Source of the DNA: Nibricoccus sp.
GTDB lineage: Bacteria > Verrucomicrobiota > Verrucomicrobiia > Opitutales > Opitutaceae
Length of the DNA: 64,000 bases
Direction: 5' to 3'
Assembly (NCBI GenBank): GCA_047602425.1
Contig: JASGHG010000001.1
Location: 4,992,001 to 5,056,000, forward strand
Shown here: positions 1-9,756 of the stretch, piece by piece
Layout of the letters: each line of letters starts with the position of its first letter
How positions within the stretch are numbered: position 1 is the stretch's first letter
Program-made: the position numbers and the translations under genes
Notes under the pieces: generated by a model
What the model was told of the DNA's origin: nothing
The model's input: only the letters and a program-made list of their open reading frames with translations
Databases searched by the model: none

Positions 1-77
1 GTGACCCACGCCGCGAGTAAAACGGCAAAAGCCAAACCGGCCCAAAGCATCAATGGCATGCGCGGTCTATCGGCCAT
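1..77 (-). CDS. Small membrane protein downstream of ccoG (CcoH/FixH position), truncated by the window edge
   Basis: Manual translation from the ATG at 77 gives MADRPRMPLMLWAGLAFAVLLAAWV..., a hydrophobic helix. The ORF overlaps the ccoG 3' end and runs off the window. Confidence 0.55.
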   Translation of the reverse strand, partial: MADRPRMPLMLWAGLAFAVLLAAWV

Positions 78-1491
78 CGGCTTCGTCCTCCTTCAATAAT
101 GCCGCTGAGGGTCCGAGGAATTCCGTTTCGCGGCTCACGTCACAACTTCCTTTTTCGTCAACCAGCCGCAGGCGCAGCGGCGTGCTGCCCGTATAAACTT
201 TTCTTGGAACTTGGATGACGAGCGGACGCTGCTCTTCGCCCAGCGGCGCAATCTCCACCGGCTCCTCAAAGCCTTTTTGCTCCGCGCCCGCCGGCCCTTG
301 AACGAGGGAAACCTTGAAGCGCACCGGCTCGTTTCGCTTGTTGATCAGCCGCACCATGTATTGGTTTCTCACATACACTTGATCGACATAATATGGCGCC
401 CCAAGCATGCGGGTGATGGTTAGTCCCGCGGGTTTGACCGTCCTCAACGCCCAGGCCGAAACACCAATTCCCACCAAGAGCAGGATAAAGTAGACAAATA
501 CCCGCGGCCGCAGCCACCGGGTTGCTCGGCCCGCAAATCCGTTGAGCGAATCGTAGCGGATCAAGCCGCGCGGACGCTTGATTTTGTCCATCACTTCGTC
601 GCACGCATCGATGCAGGCCGTGCAACCGACACATTCCATTTGCAGACCCTGGCGGATGTCGACGCCGGTCGGACAAACATTCACGCAACGGTTGCAATCG
701 ATACAATGACCAGCTCCGGGCGTGTTGATTTTTCCGCGTGGCTCGCCGCGCGATTTGTCATAACCAATCACCATCGAGTGATCGTCGATCAGCGCCGATT
801 GCAGGCGGCCATAAGGACAAATCACGATGCACAATTGTTCACGGAACCAGGCGAAGTTCAGGTAGAGCGTCGCTGTCGCCGCAACCACGAATAGAAATGC
901 GCCCCAGTGCTGGGCCGGGGCATGCCGCATCATGGCCCAGAGTTGCGGAATCGATACAAAATATGCCAGCAGCAGATGCGTGATGACGGCGGACAGCACG
1001 ATAAACACGGCATGTTTCAGAACGCGTTTAAAAACCTTTTCGCCTTCCCAAGGCGCGGCATCGAGCTGGCGCCGCTTGGTTGCATCGCCTTCGATCCAGC
1101 GTTCCACGCGCCGGTAAACGTGTTCCAAAAACACCGTCTGAGGACAGGCCCAGCCACACCAAATGCGGCCAAACAGCGCGGTGATGAAAAACAGTGAAAA
1201 ACCCACGCCCGTGAGCAGGAAAAACAAAAGCCAGGTATCCTGCGCGGCGAGCACCCAGCCAAAGAAATGAAAACGGCGCGCGGCCACGTCGAGAAACACC
1301 GCCGGATAGCCATCCACTTGTATCCAAGGCAGCGCTACATAAATGAAAATCAGCGCGACGGCCGACAGGATGCGCGCATTCGTGTAGCGCCCGCGCGAAT
1401 CGGCGGGATGCAGGAACAACCGCGAGCCATCGGCGCGGATGGTGGTGACCGTGTCGAGATTGGGCGATGGCGGATGCGGCTGGGCGGCCAT
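67..1491 (-). CDS. ccoG: Cytochrome c oxidase accessory protein CcoG/FixG (4Fe-4S polytopic membrane protein)
   Basis: GRIWCGWACPQTVF, CIVICPYGRLQ and CIDCNRCVNVCPTGVDIR...CVGCTACIDACD motifs; located in the cco operon. Confidence 0.95.
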   Translation of the reverse strand: MAAQPHPPSPNLDTVTTIRADGSRLFLHPADSRGRYTNARILSAVALIFIYVALPWIQVDGYPAVFLDVAARRFHFFGWVLAAQDTWLLFFLLTGVGFSLFFITALFGRIWCGWACPQTVFLEHVYRRVERWIEGDATKRRQLDAAPWEGEKVFKRVLKHAVFIVLSAVITHLLLAYFVSIPQLWAMMRHAPAQHWGAFLFVVAATATLYLNFAWFREQLCIVICPYGRLQSALIDDHSMVIGYDKSRGEPRGKINTPGAGHCIDCNRCVNVCPTGVDIRQGLQMECVGCTACIDACDEVMDKIKRPRGLIRYDSLNGFAGRATRWLRPRVFVYFILLLVGIGVSAWALRTVKPAGLTITRMLGAPYYVDQVYVRNQYMVRLINKRNEPVRFKVSLVQGPAGAEQKGFEEPVEIAPLGEEQRPLVIQVPRKVYTGSTPLRLRLVDEKGSCDVSRETEFLGPSAALLKEDEADGR

Positions 1492-1505
1492 GAAGTCCTG
1501 GGCGT

Positions 1506-2102
1506 CTATTTCACGCCGGCCGCGGGCGAATTGACGATTTCAATCGGTTCCCCTTCGGTGTGAAAGCTGAGCACGTAGGCGACCACCTCGGAAATCTTCT
1601 TGGTTCCCAATACCGGTCCCCATGGCTGCATGCCGCGCTGGGTACCCTTGGTCACGGTGTTGATAAGATCGAGCGGATTGCCGCCGGTGATCCATTTCGT
1701 GCCGATGAGGCTCGCGCCCACCGCGCTCGGATTTTCCGCCTTTCCCTTCAGGCTGGCGAGATGACAGGCCACGCAGTTGGTGGTGAAGATTGCCTTGCCC
1801 GATTCAACCACGACGGGATTGCGGCTCATTTTCCAGAGTTCGGCATCGGTCAATTTCACGGCGCCGGACGCCAGGCGCGCGGCCTCGATCTGCGCGATCT
1901 CCTGCTCCACGCGCGGGCCATCTTCAATCGGCACGCCCGAGTGCTTGAAGTAAAACCAATAGACAACGGCAAAAACGATGGCTCCGTAAAAGGTGAGCAA
2001 CCACCAGTTGGGCAGACGTCGGTCGTACTCCTGGATGCCATCGAAAGTGTGATGGCGGACCGGATCTTCTTGGGGCGGCTGGTTATTGGCGGGCGATGTC
2101 AT
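1506..2102 (-). CDS. ccoP: cbb3-type cytochrome c oxidase subunit III (short monoheme CcoP)
   Basis: N-terminal HTFDGIQEYDRRLPNWW motif, a single CVACH heme site and a GMQPW Met ligand. Confidence 0.92.
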   Translation of the reverse strand: MTSPANNQPPQEDPVRHHTFDGIQEYDRRLPNWWLLTFYGAIVFAVVYWFYFKHSGVPIEDGPRVEQEIAQIEAARLASGAVKLTDAELWKMSRNPVVVESGKAIFTTNCVACHLASLKGKAENPSAVGASLIGTKWITGGNPLDLINTVTKGTQRGMQPWGPVLGTKKISEVVAYVLSFHTEGEPIEIVNSPAAGVK

Positions 2103-2271
2103 GTCGGGAAGGATTTTCGTCGTTAAAAGGAAGATTTTCGAAACGCTCCACCTGGGGGCGCTTCATGCGAAGGGCGCGCCAGACAAAGAAAACGAAGATG
2201 CACGCGGCGACGGCGAAGGCCACCACCGGAAAGATCATCGTCCAGTCCTCGTAGATGAAGCGTTTATACAT
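2083..2271 (-). CDS. ccoQ: cbb3-type oxidase small subunit CcoQ
   Basis: 62 aa, one TM helix, ENLPF tail; lies between ccoO and ccoP. Confidence 0.8.
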   Translation of the reverse strand: MYKRFIYEDWTMIFPVVAFAVAACIFVFFVWRALRMKRPQVERFENLPFNDENPSRHDIARQ

Positions 2272-2291
2272 GGCGATTGGTTATGACGCGT

Positions 2292-4601
2292 TCAGGGTTT
2301 TGCGGCGACTTGCGTTTTGACCGCGTCGTATTTGCCCAGCTGTTGCAGATAGGCGATCAAGGCGACGATCTCGCGATCGGCTTCGATATATTGACCCTGG
2401 CTGCGAAGCTCCTTCGCGATCGTGGTCGCCTGTGCGCTGGTCGATTTCTCGATTTCCTCCTTCGTCATCGGTGCAAAGGGAACGCCGAGCATGCGCTGGA
2501 CTTTGATCTTGGATTCAAGCGCAGCCACATCGGTCTTCGCTTCGAAGAGCCACGGGAACGCCGGCATGTTGGAGCCATCCGAGATCTGTCGAGGATTCAT
2601 CATGTGCTGGAAGTGCCAGGCGTGATTGTATTTCCCGCCCACGCGAGCCAGGTCGGGGCCGGTGCGGCGCGAACCCCACTGGTAAGGATGATCGTAGATC
2701 GACTCGCCGAGGCGCGAGTACTCGCCGTAGCGCAATACGTCGGCTTTCAGCGTGCGAATCATCTGGGAATGGCAGGTGTAACAACCCTCACGGACGTAAA
2801 TGTCGCGGCCGGCCAGCTCAAGCGGTGTATAAACCTTCTGGATACGATCTTCGACGCTTGAGGCTTTGTTGATAACCACCGTGGGGATAATCTGGATCAT
2901 GCCGCCGACGGCGACCGCGAGGAACGTCAGCACGGTGAACGGAGCCCAATTCATCAGCAACTTGTCGTACCAGGCGCCCCATTTGTTGCTGCGGGCCTCG
3001 TAATGCACAAAGGCCAGGATGACGATAAATGTCGTACCAAAAATTCCGACAATCTGGAGCCAGTGGTTGCCGAACATCCAAGCAAAGGCCGACAACGTGC
3101 CCAATACGGAGAACACCACCGGAGCGTTGAAAATCGTGGCTCCGACACCGAGTTGTTCCTCGGCTTTGGGCTCCTCGACGAAAACCTCGATCGAGCCATC
3201 GACGGTCTGCGCACCTTTGATGGTCTTGTAGAGATTGTAAGCCATCATCAACCATCCGGTCAGGTACAAAGCGCCGCCCACCACGCGCATGAGCATCATC
3301 CAGCGAATCGCGAGCAGCGTCTCGATGAAGTTCGGATAAGCGAGGAGCGTGCCGCCTTCGGTCGTGCCGTTGAGCATCACACCCTGCGTGATGCCGCTGG
3401 TCCACATGGCGCCCATGTAAAGAAGGATGCCCACGGTACCGAGCCAGAAATGAATATTGGCGAGCGATTGCGAATACAACGGCTTGCTCCAAAGGCGCGG
3501 CGCGAGCCAGTAAAACATGCCAGCCGCCATGAAACCGTTCCAACCGAGCGCACCACCATGCACGTGGCCGATGATCCAGTCCGTGTAGTGGCCGATGGCG
3601 TTGACCGATTTGATCGAAAGCAAAGGCCCCTCGAATGTCGCCATGCCGTAGAACGTCACCGCGGCCGCGAAAAACTTCAGCACGGGATCGACGCGAAGTT
3701 TGTCCCACGCTCCGCGCATGGTGAGCAAACCGTTCAACATGCCGCCCCACGATGGCGCCCAAAGCATGAGCGAAAACGTCATGCCGAGCATCTGCAGCCA
3801 GTTCGGCAACGCCGTATTCAAAAGATGGTGCGGTCCCGCCCAAATATAAACAAACACCAGAGACCAAAAATGAATGACGGATAACTTGTAGCTGTACACT
3901 GGCCGTTCCGCCGCCTTCGGCACGAAATAGTACATGATGCCCAGGATCGGCGTTGTCAGGAAAAACGCCACGGCGTTGTGACCATACCACCATTGCACCA
4001 AGCCGTCCTGCAAACCGCCGAAGACCGGATAACTGTGCGTGAGGCTGGTCGGAATCGAGAGGTGATTGACGATATAGAGCATCGCCACGGTCACGATCGT
4101 CGCGATGTAAAACCAAATCGCCACATACAAACTGCGCTCGTTTCGACGCGACAACGTCCAGAAAAAGTTGACCGCGAAAATCACCCAAACGACCACGACC
4201 GCCAGGTTGATTGGCCAGATGAGTTCGGCGTATTCCTTGCCGCGCGTCAGGCCCAGCGGAAGCGTGATGGCAGCCGCGACAATAATTAATTGATAGAACC
4301 AAAAGTGGACCGTCGACAACAAGTCGCTCGCCAGCCGCGCCTTCACCAGGCGCTGCGTCGAGTAGTAAATGCCGGCAAACATCATGTTGCCCACGAGGGC
4401 GAAGATGACGGCATTCGTATGCAGCGGTCGCAGACGGCTGAACGTCGTCCAGGGCAAACCGAAGTTCAGTTGCCAGAAGTTAAGTTGCGACGCGATCAGT
4501 ACGCCCACGAGCATGCCGACGGCGCCCCAGATGACGGCGGCGAGCATGAACTGGCGGACAATGCGGTCGTTGAATTCAATCGTGACTTTGCGTTCGGTCA
4601 T
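2292..4601 (-). CDS. ccoN: Fused cbb3-type cytochrome c oxidase subunit I/II (CcoN-CcoO)
   Basis: CcoN motifs RLRPLHTNAVIF, WWYGHNAVAFFLT, WAGPHH and GHVHGG, followed by CcoO motifs GRDIYVREGCYTCHSQMIR and GSRRTGPDL. Confidence 0.96.
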   Translation of the reverse strand: MTERKVTIEFNDRIVRQFMLAAVIWGAVGMLVGVLIASQLNFWQLNFGLPWTTFSRLRPLHTNAVIFALVGNMMFAGIYYSTQRLVKARLASDLLSTVHFWFYQLIIVAAAITLPLGLTRGKEYAELIWPINLAVVVVWVIFAVNFFWTLSRRNERSLYVAIWFYIATIVTVAMLYIVNHLSIPTSLTHSYPVFGGLQDGLVQWWYGHNAVAFFLTTPILGIMYYFVPKAAERPVYSYKLSVIHFWSLVFVYIWAGPHHLLNTALPNWLQMLGMTFSLMLWAPSWGGMLNGLLTMRGAWDKLRVDPVLKFFAAAVTFYGMATFEGPLLSIKSVNAIGHYTDWIIGHVHGGALGWNGFMAAGMFYWLAPRLWSKPLYSQSLANIHFWLGTVGILLYMGAMWTSGITQGVMLNGTTEGGTLLAYPNFIETLLAIRWMMLMRVVGGALYLTGWLMMAYNLYKTIKGAQTVDGSIEVFVEEPKAEEQLGVGATIFNAPVVFSVLGTLSAFAWMFGNHWLQIVGIFGTTFIVILAFVHYEARSNKWGAWYDKLLMNWAPFTVLTFLAVAVGGMIQIIPTVVINKASSVEDRIQKVYTPLELAGRDIYVREGCYTCHSQMIRTLKADVLRYGEYSRLGESIYDHPYQWGSRRTGPDLARVGGKYNHAWHFQHMMNPRQISDGSNMPAFPWLFEAKTDVAALESKIKVQRMLGVPFAPMTKEEIEKSTSAQATTIAKELRSQGQYIEADREIVALIAYLQQLGKYDAVKTQVAAKP

Positions 4602-4613
4602 GGTGTTGGGAAA

Positions 4614-4808
4614 TCAGGTGGGATCGCCGGACTTGTCTGTCGAATCGCTCGGCCTTCCGCCGACGCGACGCGTTTCCTCCGCCAAGGGTAGCAACGCATC
4701 GCTCTCGGCACTGCCGAAGTGACGGCGGGTGTGTTCGCGAATAAAGAAAACTACAAACGTGAAGACCAGACAGAGGCTTATCGTGAGCGTAAGAGGAACG
4801 ACAGACAT
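4614..4808 (-). CDS. ccoS: cbb3 oxidase maturation protein CcoS-like
   Basis: Small protein beginning MSVVPLTLTISL with one TM helix; directly upstream of ccoN. Confidence 0.65.
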   Translation of the reverse strand: MSVVPLTLTISLCLVFTFVVFFIREHTRRHFGSAESDALLPLAEETRRVGGRPSDSTDKSGDPT

Positions 4809-5270
4809 GGGCGTTGGATTAATATCCAAAAAAAGAGGGATTGGTATTTAATTGCGGTTTGATATCGGCACGTCAGCCCAAAAAAACGAGGGCTTAGGCC
4901 TCCTGTTTGCGTAAAAAATGCGCCCCGGAAAAATCCCGAAAATCGCCGCGGTTTCAGCGCCGCTCTCTCGCTGCGGGTCGAAATTCGCTTCGACAAATCC
5001 ACCGCCGCCATGAGCCTGCGATGATATCCATCCCCTTGCCATTACGCGCTGATACGTCGCTTTCTGGCGGTCCGTAGGGGCGGGCTCTGTGGAGGGATTA
5101 GCGTTCATAATCCCCCACTTTAATAGAGTTAACGGGCTCCCACTCCGCGCGATTTGCCCACCATTATGCATTTTTTGTCATACCCCCTATTAGCTGCGCA
5201 CAAAAGATGCGTACGCTTGGCCAAACCATGCAGAGCGAGGCCCGCGGAGTTCTGGCATTTTCAGCGCCAG

Positions 5271-5738
5271 ATGCACGACAACCTGCTGCGCACACTGCAA
5301 GGCCTGCGTCCCACCATTCTTGAGCGGTGGGAAACGTTATTGCGTGCAGAGCCGGTCACCTCACCGCTGGCGAATCCCGATTCGCTCGTCTACCTGATGA
5401 ACTGGACGCTTGATCGTTTTTTGGCCGTGTTGCGCGGTCCCGTTGCCCGACGTCGCATCAGCGAGCGCGGCAGCAACAAGCCCGCTTACATCGAGGAAAG
5501 CAAATTGTGCCCGTGCAAAATGAATCCGCTGCTCGCCTATTTTTCCACCGGCGAACAAGCATTGGTCCAGGCGCTCTTGCCCACGCTTGAGCCGCGCGAG
5601 CGCGAAAATGTACTTTCCTCCGTTCGTCTGGCCATGCAGGCCGTCGCCAAGCGCGAAATCGACACGTTCTGCGCCGTCTGCCAGCGCCGCCATGACGAAC
5701 ATCCCAATACCGCCAGCCGCTGCGGCTCAGGACGATAA
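5271..5738 (+). CDS. Hypothetical helical protein with Cys motifs (CPC, CAVC)
   Basis: Coding-like composition; ATG at 5271 chosen; divergent from the cco operon. Confidence 0.7.
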   Translation: MHDNLLRTLQGLRPTILERWETLLRAEPVTSPLANPDSLVYLMNWTLDRFLAVLRGPVARRRISERGSNKPAYIEESKLCPCKMNPLLAYFSTGEQALVQALLPTLEPRERENVLSSVRLAMQAVAKREIDTFCAVCQRRHDEHPNTASRCGSGR

Positions 5739-6641
5739 AACTTCCGCGTGAAGTTTCTCGCGATAAGTCGAAGGTGATTCGCCCGCGATTTTCCGGAAGA
5801 CGCGGTTGAACTGCGACAACGACTGAAAACCGGCCTCGAAGGCCGCTTCGCTCACGCGTTTGTGCGGATTGAGCAATAGATTCTTCACCTTTTCCACGCG
5901 CACCCGCGCAAGGTAATCGGTGAACGTCATGCCCGTCGCCTTCTTGAACATCTTGCAGAAGTAAAACGCGCTGGTGTTAACGGACTGCGCCACCTGCGCC
6001 AGCGTCAAATCGTCGTCCTGGTGCTCGGCGATGTACATGCGGGCCTTGGTGATGACGGGCGGTTCGGCAGATTCCTCCTTGACCATGAGCTGATTGCTCA
6101 ACGATGCCAGATGCTGCGCGAAGATCGTCAGTAAACGAAGGATCGACTCATATTGCTTCTTCGTGACCACGCGGGTCTGAAAATAAACTTCCTCCACGCG
6201 CTTCAGATCCACTTCCGTGCCCCACTTGAGCAACTGCTTCGATACCGTGCTGAAATCCTTTTTCGACGGCGGCTGCCAGAACACCTGGCCGGTTTGCAAA
6301 AATGCGATCAGATTCTCTCCCACCCGGATCGGCACGGCGGAATCGCACATGCCGGCAAAACATTTCAACGTCTTCGGTTCCAATCCCGCCTGCTCTTCGA
6401 CCTTCTTCTGCAGTTGCAAACACGAGGCACAGGAATGGTTCGACGTCGCCATCAATGCGCAAAACGGGTTCTCCTTCGGGTCGCCCTGATGGGGCAGGTC
6501 GAACGCCTCGATCGGCCTCAGGGCGAGCGGCAGTCCCGTCGTCTCTCGAAACGCCTGCTCGTAATCACGATAAATCTGCGACTGTTTCAGTTGCGCGATC
6601 ATCAAACGGCTGCGTTTGCCGGGATTGTCAGACGAGTCCAT
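5727..6641 (-). CDS. AraC-family regulator with PocR-type ligand-binding domain
   Basis: N-terminal NPFC...C..C...KCFAGMCDSAVPI...GQV domain and a C-terminal AraC HTH (AFEAGFQSLSQFNRVFRK). Confidence 0.9.
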   Translation of the reverse strand: MDSSDNPGKRSRLMIAQLKQSQIYRDYEQAFRETTGLPLALRPIEAFDLPHQGDPKENPFCALMATSNHSCASCLQLQKKVEEQAGLEPKTLKCFAGMCDSAVPIRVGENLIAFLQTGQVFWQPPSKKDFSTVSKQLLKWGTEVDLKRVEEVYFQTRVVTKKQYESILRLLTIFAQHLASLSNQLMVKEESAEPPVITKARMYIAEHQDDDLTLAQVAQSVNTSAFYFCKMFKKATGMTFTDYLARVRVEKVKNLLLNPHKRVSEAAFEAGFQSLSQFNRVFRKIAGESPSTYREKLHAEVLSS

Positions 6642-7161
6642 AAGAGACAATTGATGAGGAGTTTTTCTTTAACGCGCAACCGGTATTCTCAATTAGCTGT
6701 GTTTCGCTAGTCGCTCTTTTTTAATGTAATACGATTTATTTATTCATAATTATAAAATCTTATAGGACAAATAAAGACCGTAATAGAGCAAAATATGCAC
6801 AACCGAAAAATTTACAAGATGCTGTCTACCATGGCAAAATATGCGCAATTGAGAACAATTTTTACAGTTCTCGCCTGTATTCAGGCCAAAGCTACAAAAG
6901 CTCCCGCCGGCCGACAAAGCGACGCGTTTTTGCGAACCATTTTTGCAGAAAAATCGACCCAGCGACGACCGCGTCCCGCAGTCCGTCATTCACGCTCCTT
7001 CGAGAATGCAAAAATATCTTCCCAATCCCGTTCCAAAGCGACACAACCAAACGCCGTGCCCGCTTTGCCAAGCCCGACTCAAACCGCACGCCGTACCAAT
7101 CAATTGCGGCAAATCCCGGGCTTTTTTCCTGCAAGCCTCCACCCTCTTTCCTGACACCATC

Positions 7162-8106
7162 ATGCCCTGGACTCGCCAACACCTCATCACGCTCGAAGAG
7201 CTTTCCCTCGCCGAGATCGAGCAACTCCATTCCACCGCCGCCGTTTTTAAAAAACAGCTGCTCAGCGGCACCCGCAAACACCCGGCCTTGAGCGGCAAAA
7301 CCGTCGTCAACCTATTCCTCGAACCCAGCACCCGCACTCGCATGGCGTTCGACATGGCCGCCAAACGTCTCAGCGCCGACGTCATCTCCTTCGACGCCGC
7401 CAGCTCCAGCACGACCAAGGGCGAAACGCTCCGCGACACCGCGCAAAACATTGAAGCTCTCCAGGCCGACATCATCGTTATCCGCCACGCCGCCTCCGGC
7501 TCGCCGCTTTATCTCAGCAAGATTCTCGGCATCCCCGTCATCAATGCCGGTGACGGCGCCCACGAACATCCCACCCAGGGCCTGCTCGACACGTTCACGA
7601 TGAAGGAACACCTCGGTCCGCTCAAAGGCCGCAAGGTCGTCATTCTCGGCGACATCCTCTTCAGCCGCGTCGCCCGCTCCAACATTTACGCTCTCACCAA
7701 AATGGGCGCCAACGTCACGCTGGTTGGCCCTTCCACGCTGGTCCCGCATGCCTTCACCGAACTCGGCGTCGAGGTCTCCCACGATTTGCGGAGCGCGCTG
7801 GCCGATGCCGAGGTTGTCATGCTTCTGCGGATACAGCACGAGCGTCAGGGCAGCAGCCATTTCCCTTCGCTCGGCGAATACACCAGCATGTTCGGTCTCA
7901 ACAAAACCCGGGCGTCCTGGCTCAATCCCAAGGCGATCATCATGCATCCCGGCCCGATCAACCGCGGCGTCGAAATCGACAGCGACCTCGCCGACGGCGA
8001 ACGCAGCGTGATCCTCGAACAAGTTACCAACGGCATCGCCGTCCGCATGGCCGCACTCTTCCTCTGCTCCGGCGGCCAACCCGACGAAGCGGCCTTGCAG
8101 GCCTAA
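7162..8106 (+). CDS. pyrB: Aspartate carbamoyltransferase catalytic subunit
   Basis: FLEPSTRTR, NAGDGAHEHPTQ and MHPGPINRGVEI motifs. Confidence 0.97.
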   Translation: MPWTRQHLITLEELSLAEIEQLHSTAAVFKKQLLSGTRKHPALSGKTVVNLFLEPSTRTRMAFDMAAKRLSADVISFDAASSSTTKGETLRDTAQNIEALQADIIVIRHAASGSPLYLSKILGIPVINAGDGAHEHPTQGLLDTFTMKEHLGPLKGRKVVILGDILFSRVARSNIYALTKMGANVTLVGPSTLVPHAFTELGVEVSHDLRSALADAEVVMLLRIQHERQGSSHFPSLGEYTSMFGLNKTRASWLNPKAIIMHPGPINRGVEIDSDLADGERSVILEQVTNGIAVRMAALFLCSGGQPDEAALQA

Positions 8107-8221
8107 AAACCCAAATCGCCAAAACTCCAAACGCCAAAATCAATCAGAACACCGCCAGACCGATCTCACATTGCACTTCGCTTTGTGATTTGGAATCTGG
8201 CCTTTGAGATTTCAAAAAGCC

Positions 8222-9511
8222 ATGCCCTCCCTCTGGATTTCCAATGCCCGCGTAATCGACCCGGCTTCCGGCCGCGATGAAGTCGGCCACGTTTACATCA
8301 CCGATGGTAAAATCGTTCCTTCGCTTTCCGCCGCCGCCAAAAAAACCGCGAAGAAAATCGACGCCAAGGGTCTCGTCGCCTGCCCCGGGCTCGTCGATAT
8401 CCACGTCCACTTTCGCGAACCAGGCCAAACCCACAAAGAGACGATCGCCACCGGCACGCAGGCGGCCGCCGCCGGCGGTTTCACTACCGTCGTCTGCATG
8501 CCCAACACTTCGCCCGTCGCCGACACCGCGGGAACGATTCAGTACATCAACGATGCCATCCGCCGTGATGCCGTCGTGAAAGTTTTCCCCACTGGCTGCA
8601 TCACCGTCGGCATGAAAGGCCAGGCTCTCGCACCCATCGGTTCGCTCAAACGCGCCGGAGTCATCGCCATCACCGACGACGGCGATTGCGTGCAAAACAA
8701 TGAGCTCATGCGCCGTGCCGCTGAATATGCGAAAATGTTCGGCCTTTGTGTCATGGATCATTGCCAGGATTCCTCCATGACCCAGGGCGCCGTCATGAAC
8801 GAAGGCATTATGTCGCTCCGCCTGGGCCTACGCGGCTGGCCCAATGCCGCCGAAGACATCATCGTCTCGCGCAACGTCATCATCTCCACCTACACCGGCG
8901 CGCACATCCACATGCAGCACATCTCGTCAAAAAACTCCGTCGAGATTCTCCGCCGCGCCAAGGCCCGCGGCGTCAACGTCACCGCCGAAGCCACCCCGCA
9001 TCACATCGCGCTGACCGACGCCGAACTCGCCACTTACGACACGCATTTCAAGATGAACCCGCCGCTCCGAACCGAAGCGGACCGCCAGGAAATCATCGCC
9101 GGCTTGCGCGACGGCACGCTCGATTGCATCTCGACCGACCACGCCCCGCACACCGACTACGAAAAGGACAAGGAATTCGATTTCGCGCCCAACGGCATTC
9201 TCGGTCTCGAAACTTCGCTGCCCATCACGCTTCAGATCCTGATGCGCGAAAATAAATTCAAGCTTCCCCACGTCATCGACCTCATGACGCGCAAGCCCGC
9301 TAATATCGTCAAACTCTCCGCCGGCACCCTCGCCGAAGGCGCCGCTGGCGATGTCTGTTTGTTCGACCCCGATCAGGAATGGGTTTACAACGCCAAAAAA
9401 GGTTTCAGCAAATCCAGCAATTCCCCCTGGCACGGCGAAACCCTCAAGGGCCGCGTTAAAACCACCATCGTCGACGGCCGCATCGTCTACGCCGACGGTA
9501 AGATCAAGTAG
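8222..9511 (+). CDS. pyrC: Dihydroorotase
   Basis: DIHVHFREPG, MPNT, KMNPPLR and TDHAPH motifs; follows pyrB. Confidence 0.96.
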   Translation: MPSLWISNARVIDPASGRDEVGHVYITDGKIVPSLSAAAKKTAKKIDAKGLVACPGLVDIHVHFREPGQTHKETIATGTQAAAAGGFTTVVCMPNTSPVADTAGTIQYINDAIRRDAVVKVFPTGCITVGMKGQALAPIGSLKRAGVIAITDDGDCVQNNELMRRAAEYAKMFGLCVMDHCQDSSMTQGAVMNEGIMSLRLGLRGWPNAAEDIIVSRNVIISTYTGAHIHMQHISSKNSVEILRRAKARGVNVTAEATPHHIALTDAELATYDTHFKMNPPLRTEADRQEIIAGLRDGTLDCISTDHAPHTDYEKDKEFDFAPNGILGLETSLPITLQILMRENKFKLPHVIDLMTRKPANIVKLSAGTLAEGAAGDVCLFDPDQEWVYNAKKGFSKSSNSPWHGETLKGRVKTTIVDGRIVYADGKIK

Positions 9512-9756
9512 TTCGCTCCGAGGTATAACGCAGCACAATCCAGGGCCGACCTTGGTCGGGCCATTTGGTGAACTATTATCAGCCGTACCAGTACCGGCTT
9601 CTTAAAAGCTCCCGCGCGTCCATTTTTCCGCCAAAGCGCCCGCCTTTACCTGAAAAGACGGCTCACGAAACCATCGAGCATCGCCTAGCTTTAGGCTGAT
9701 CGAATTCACCTCTCCTTTACGGCACCAAACGGAGGCGAGCGTGACCAAAGGGCGAT

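Noticed and set aside
2292..4601. CcoN-CcoO fusion as a novelty
   Set aside because: Such fusions are already known in several phyla.
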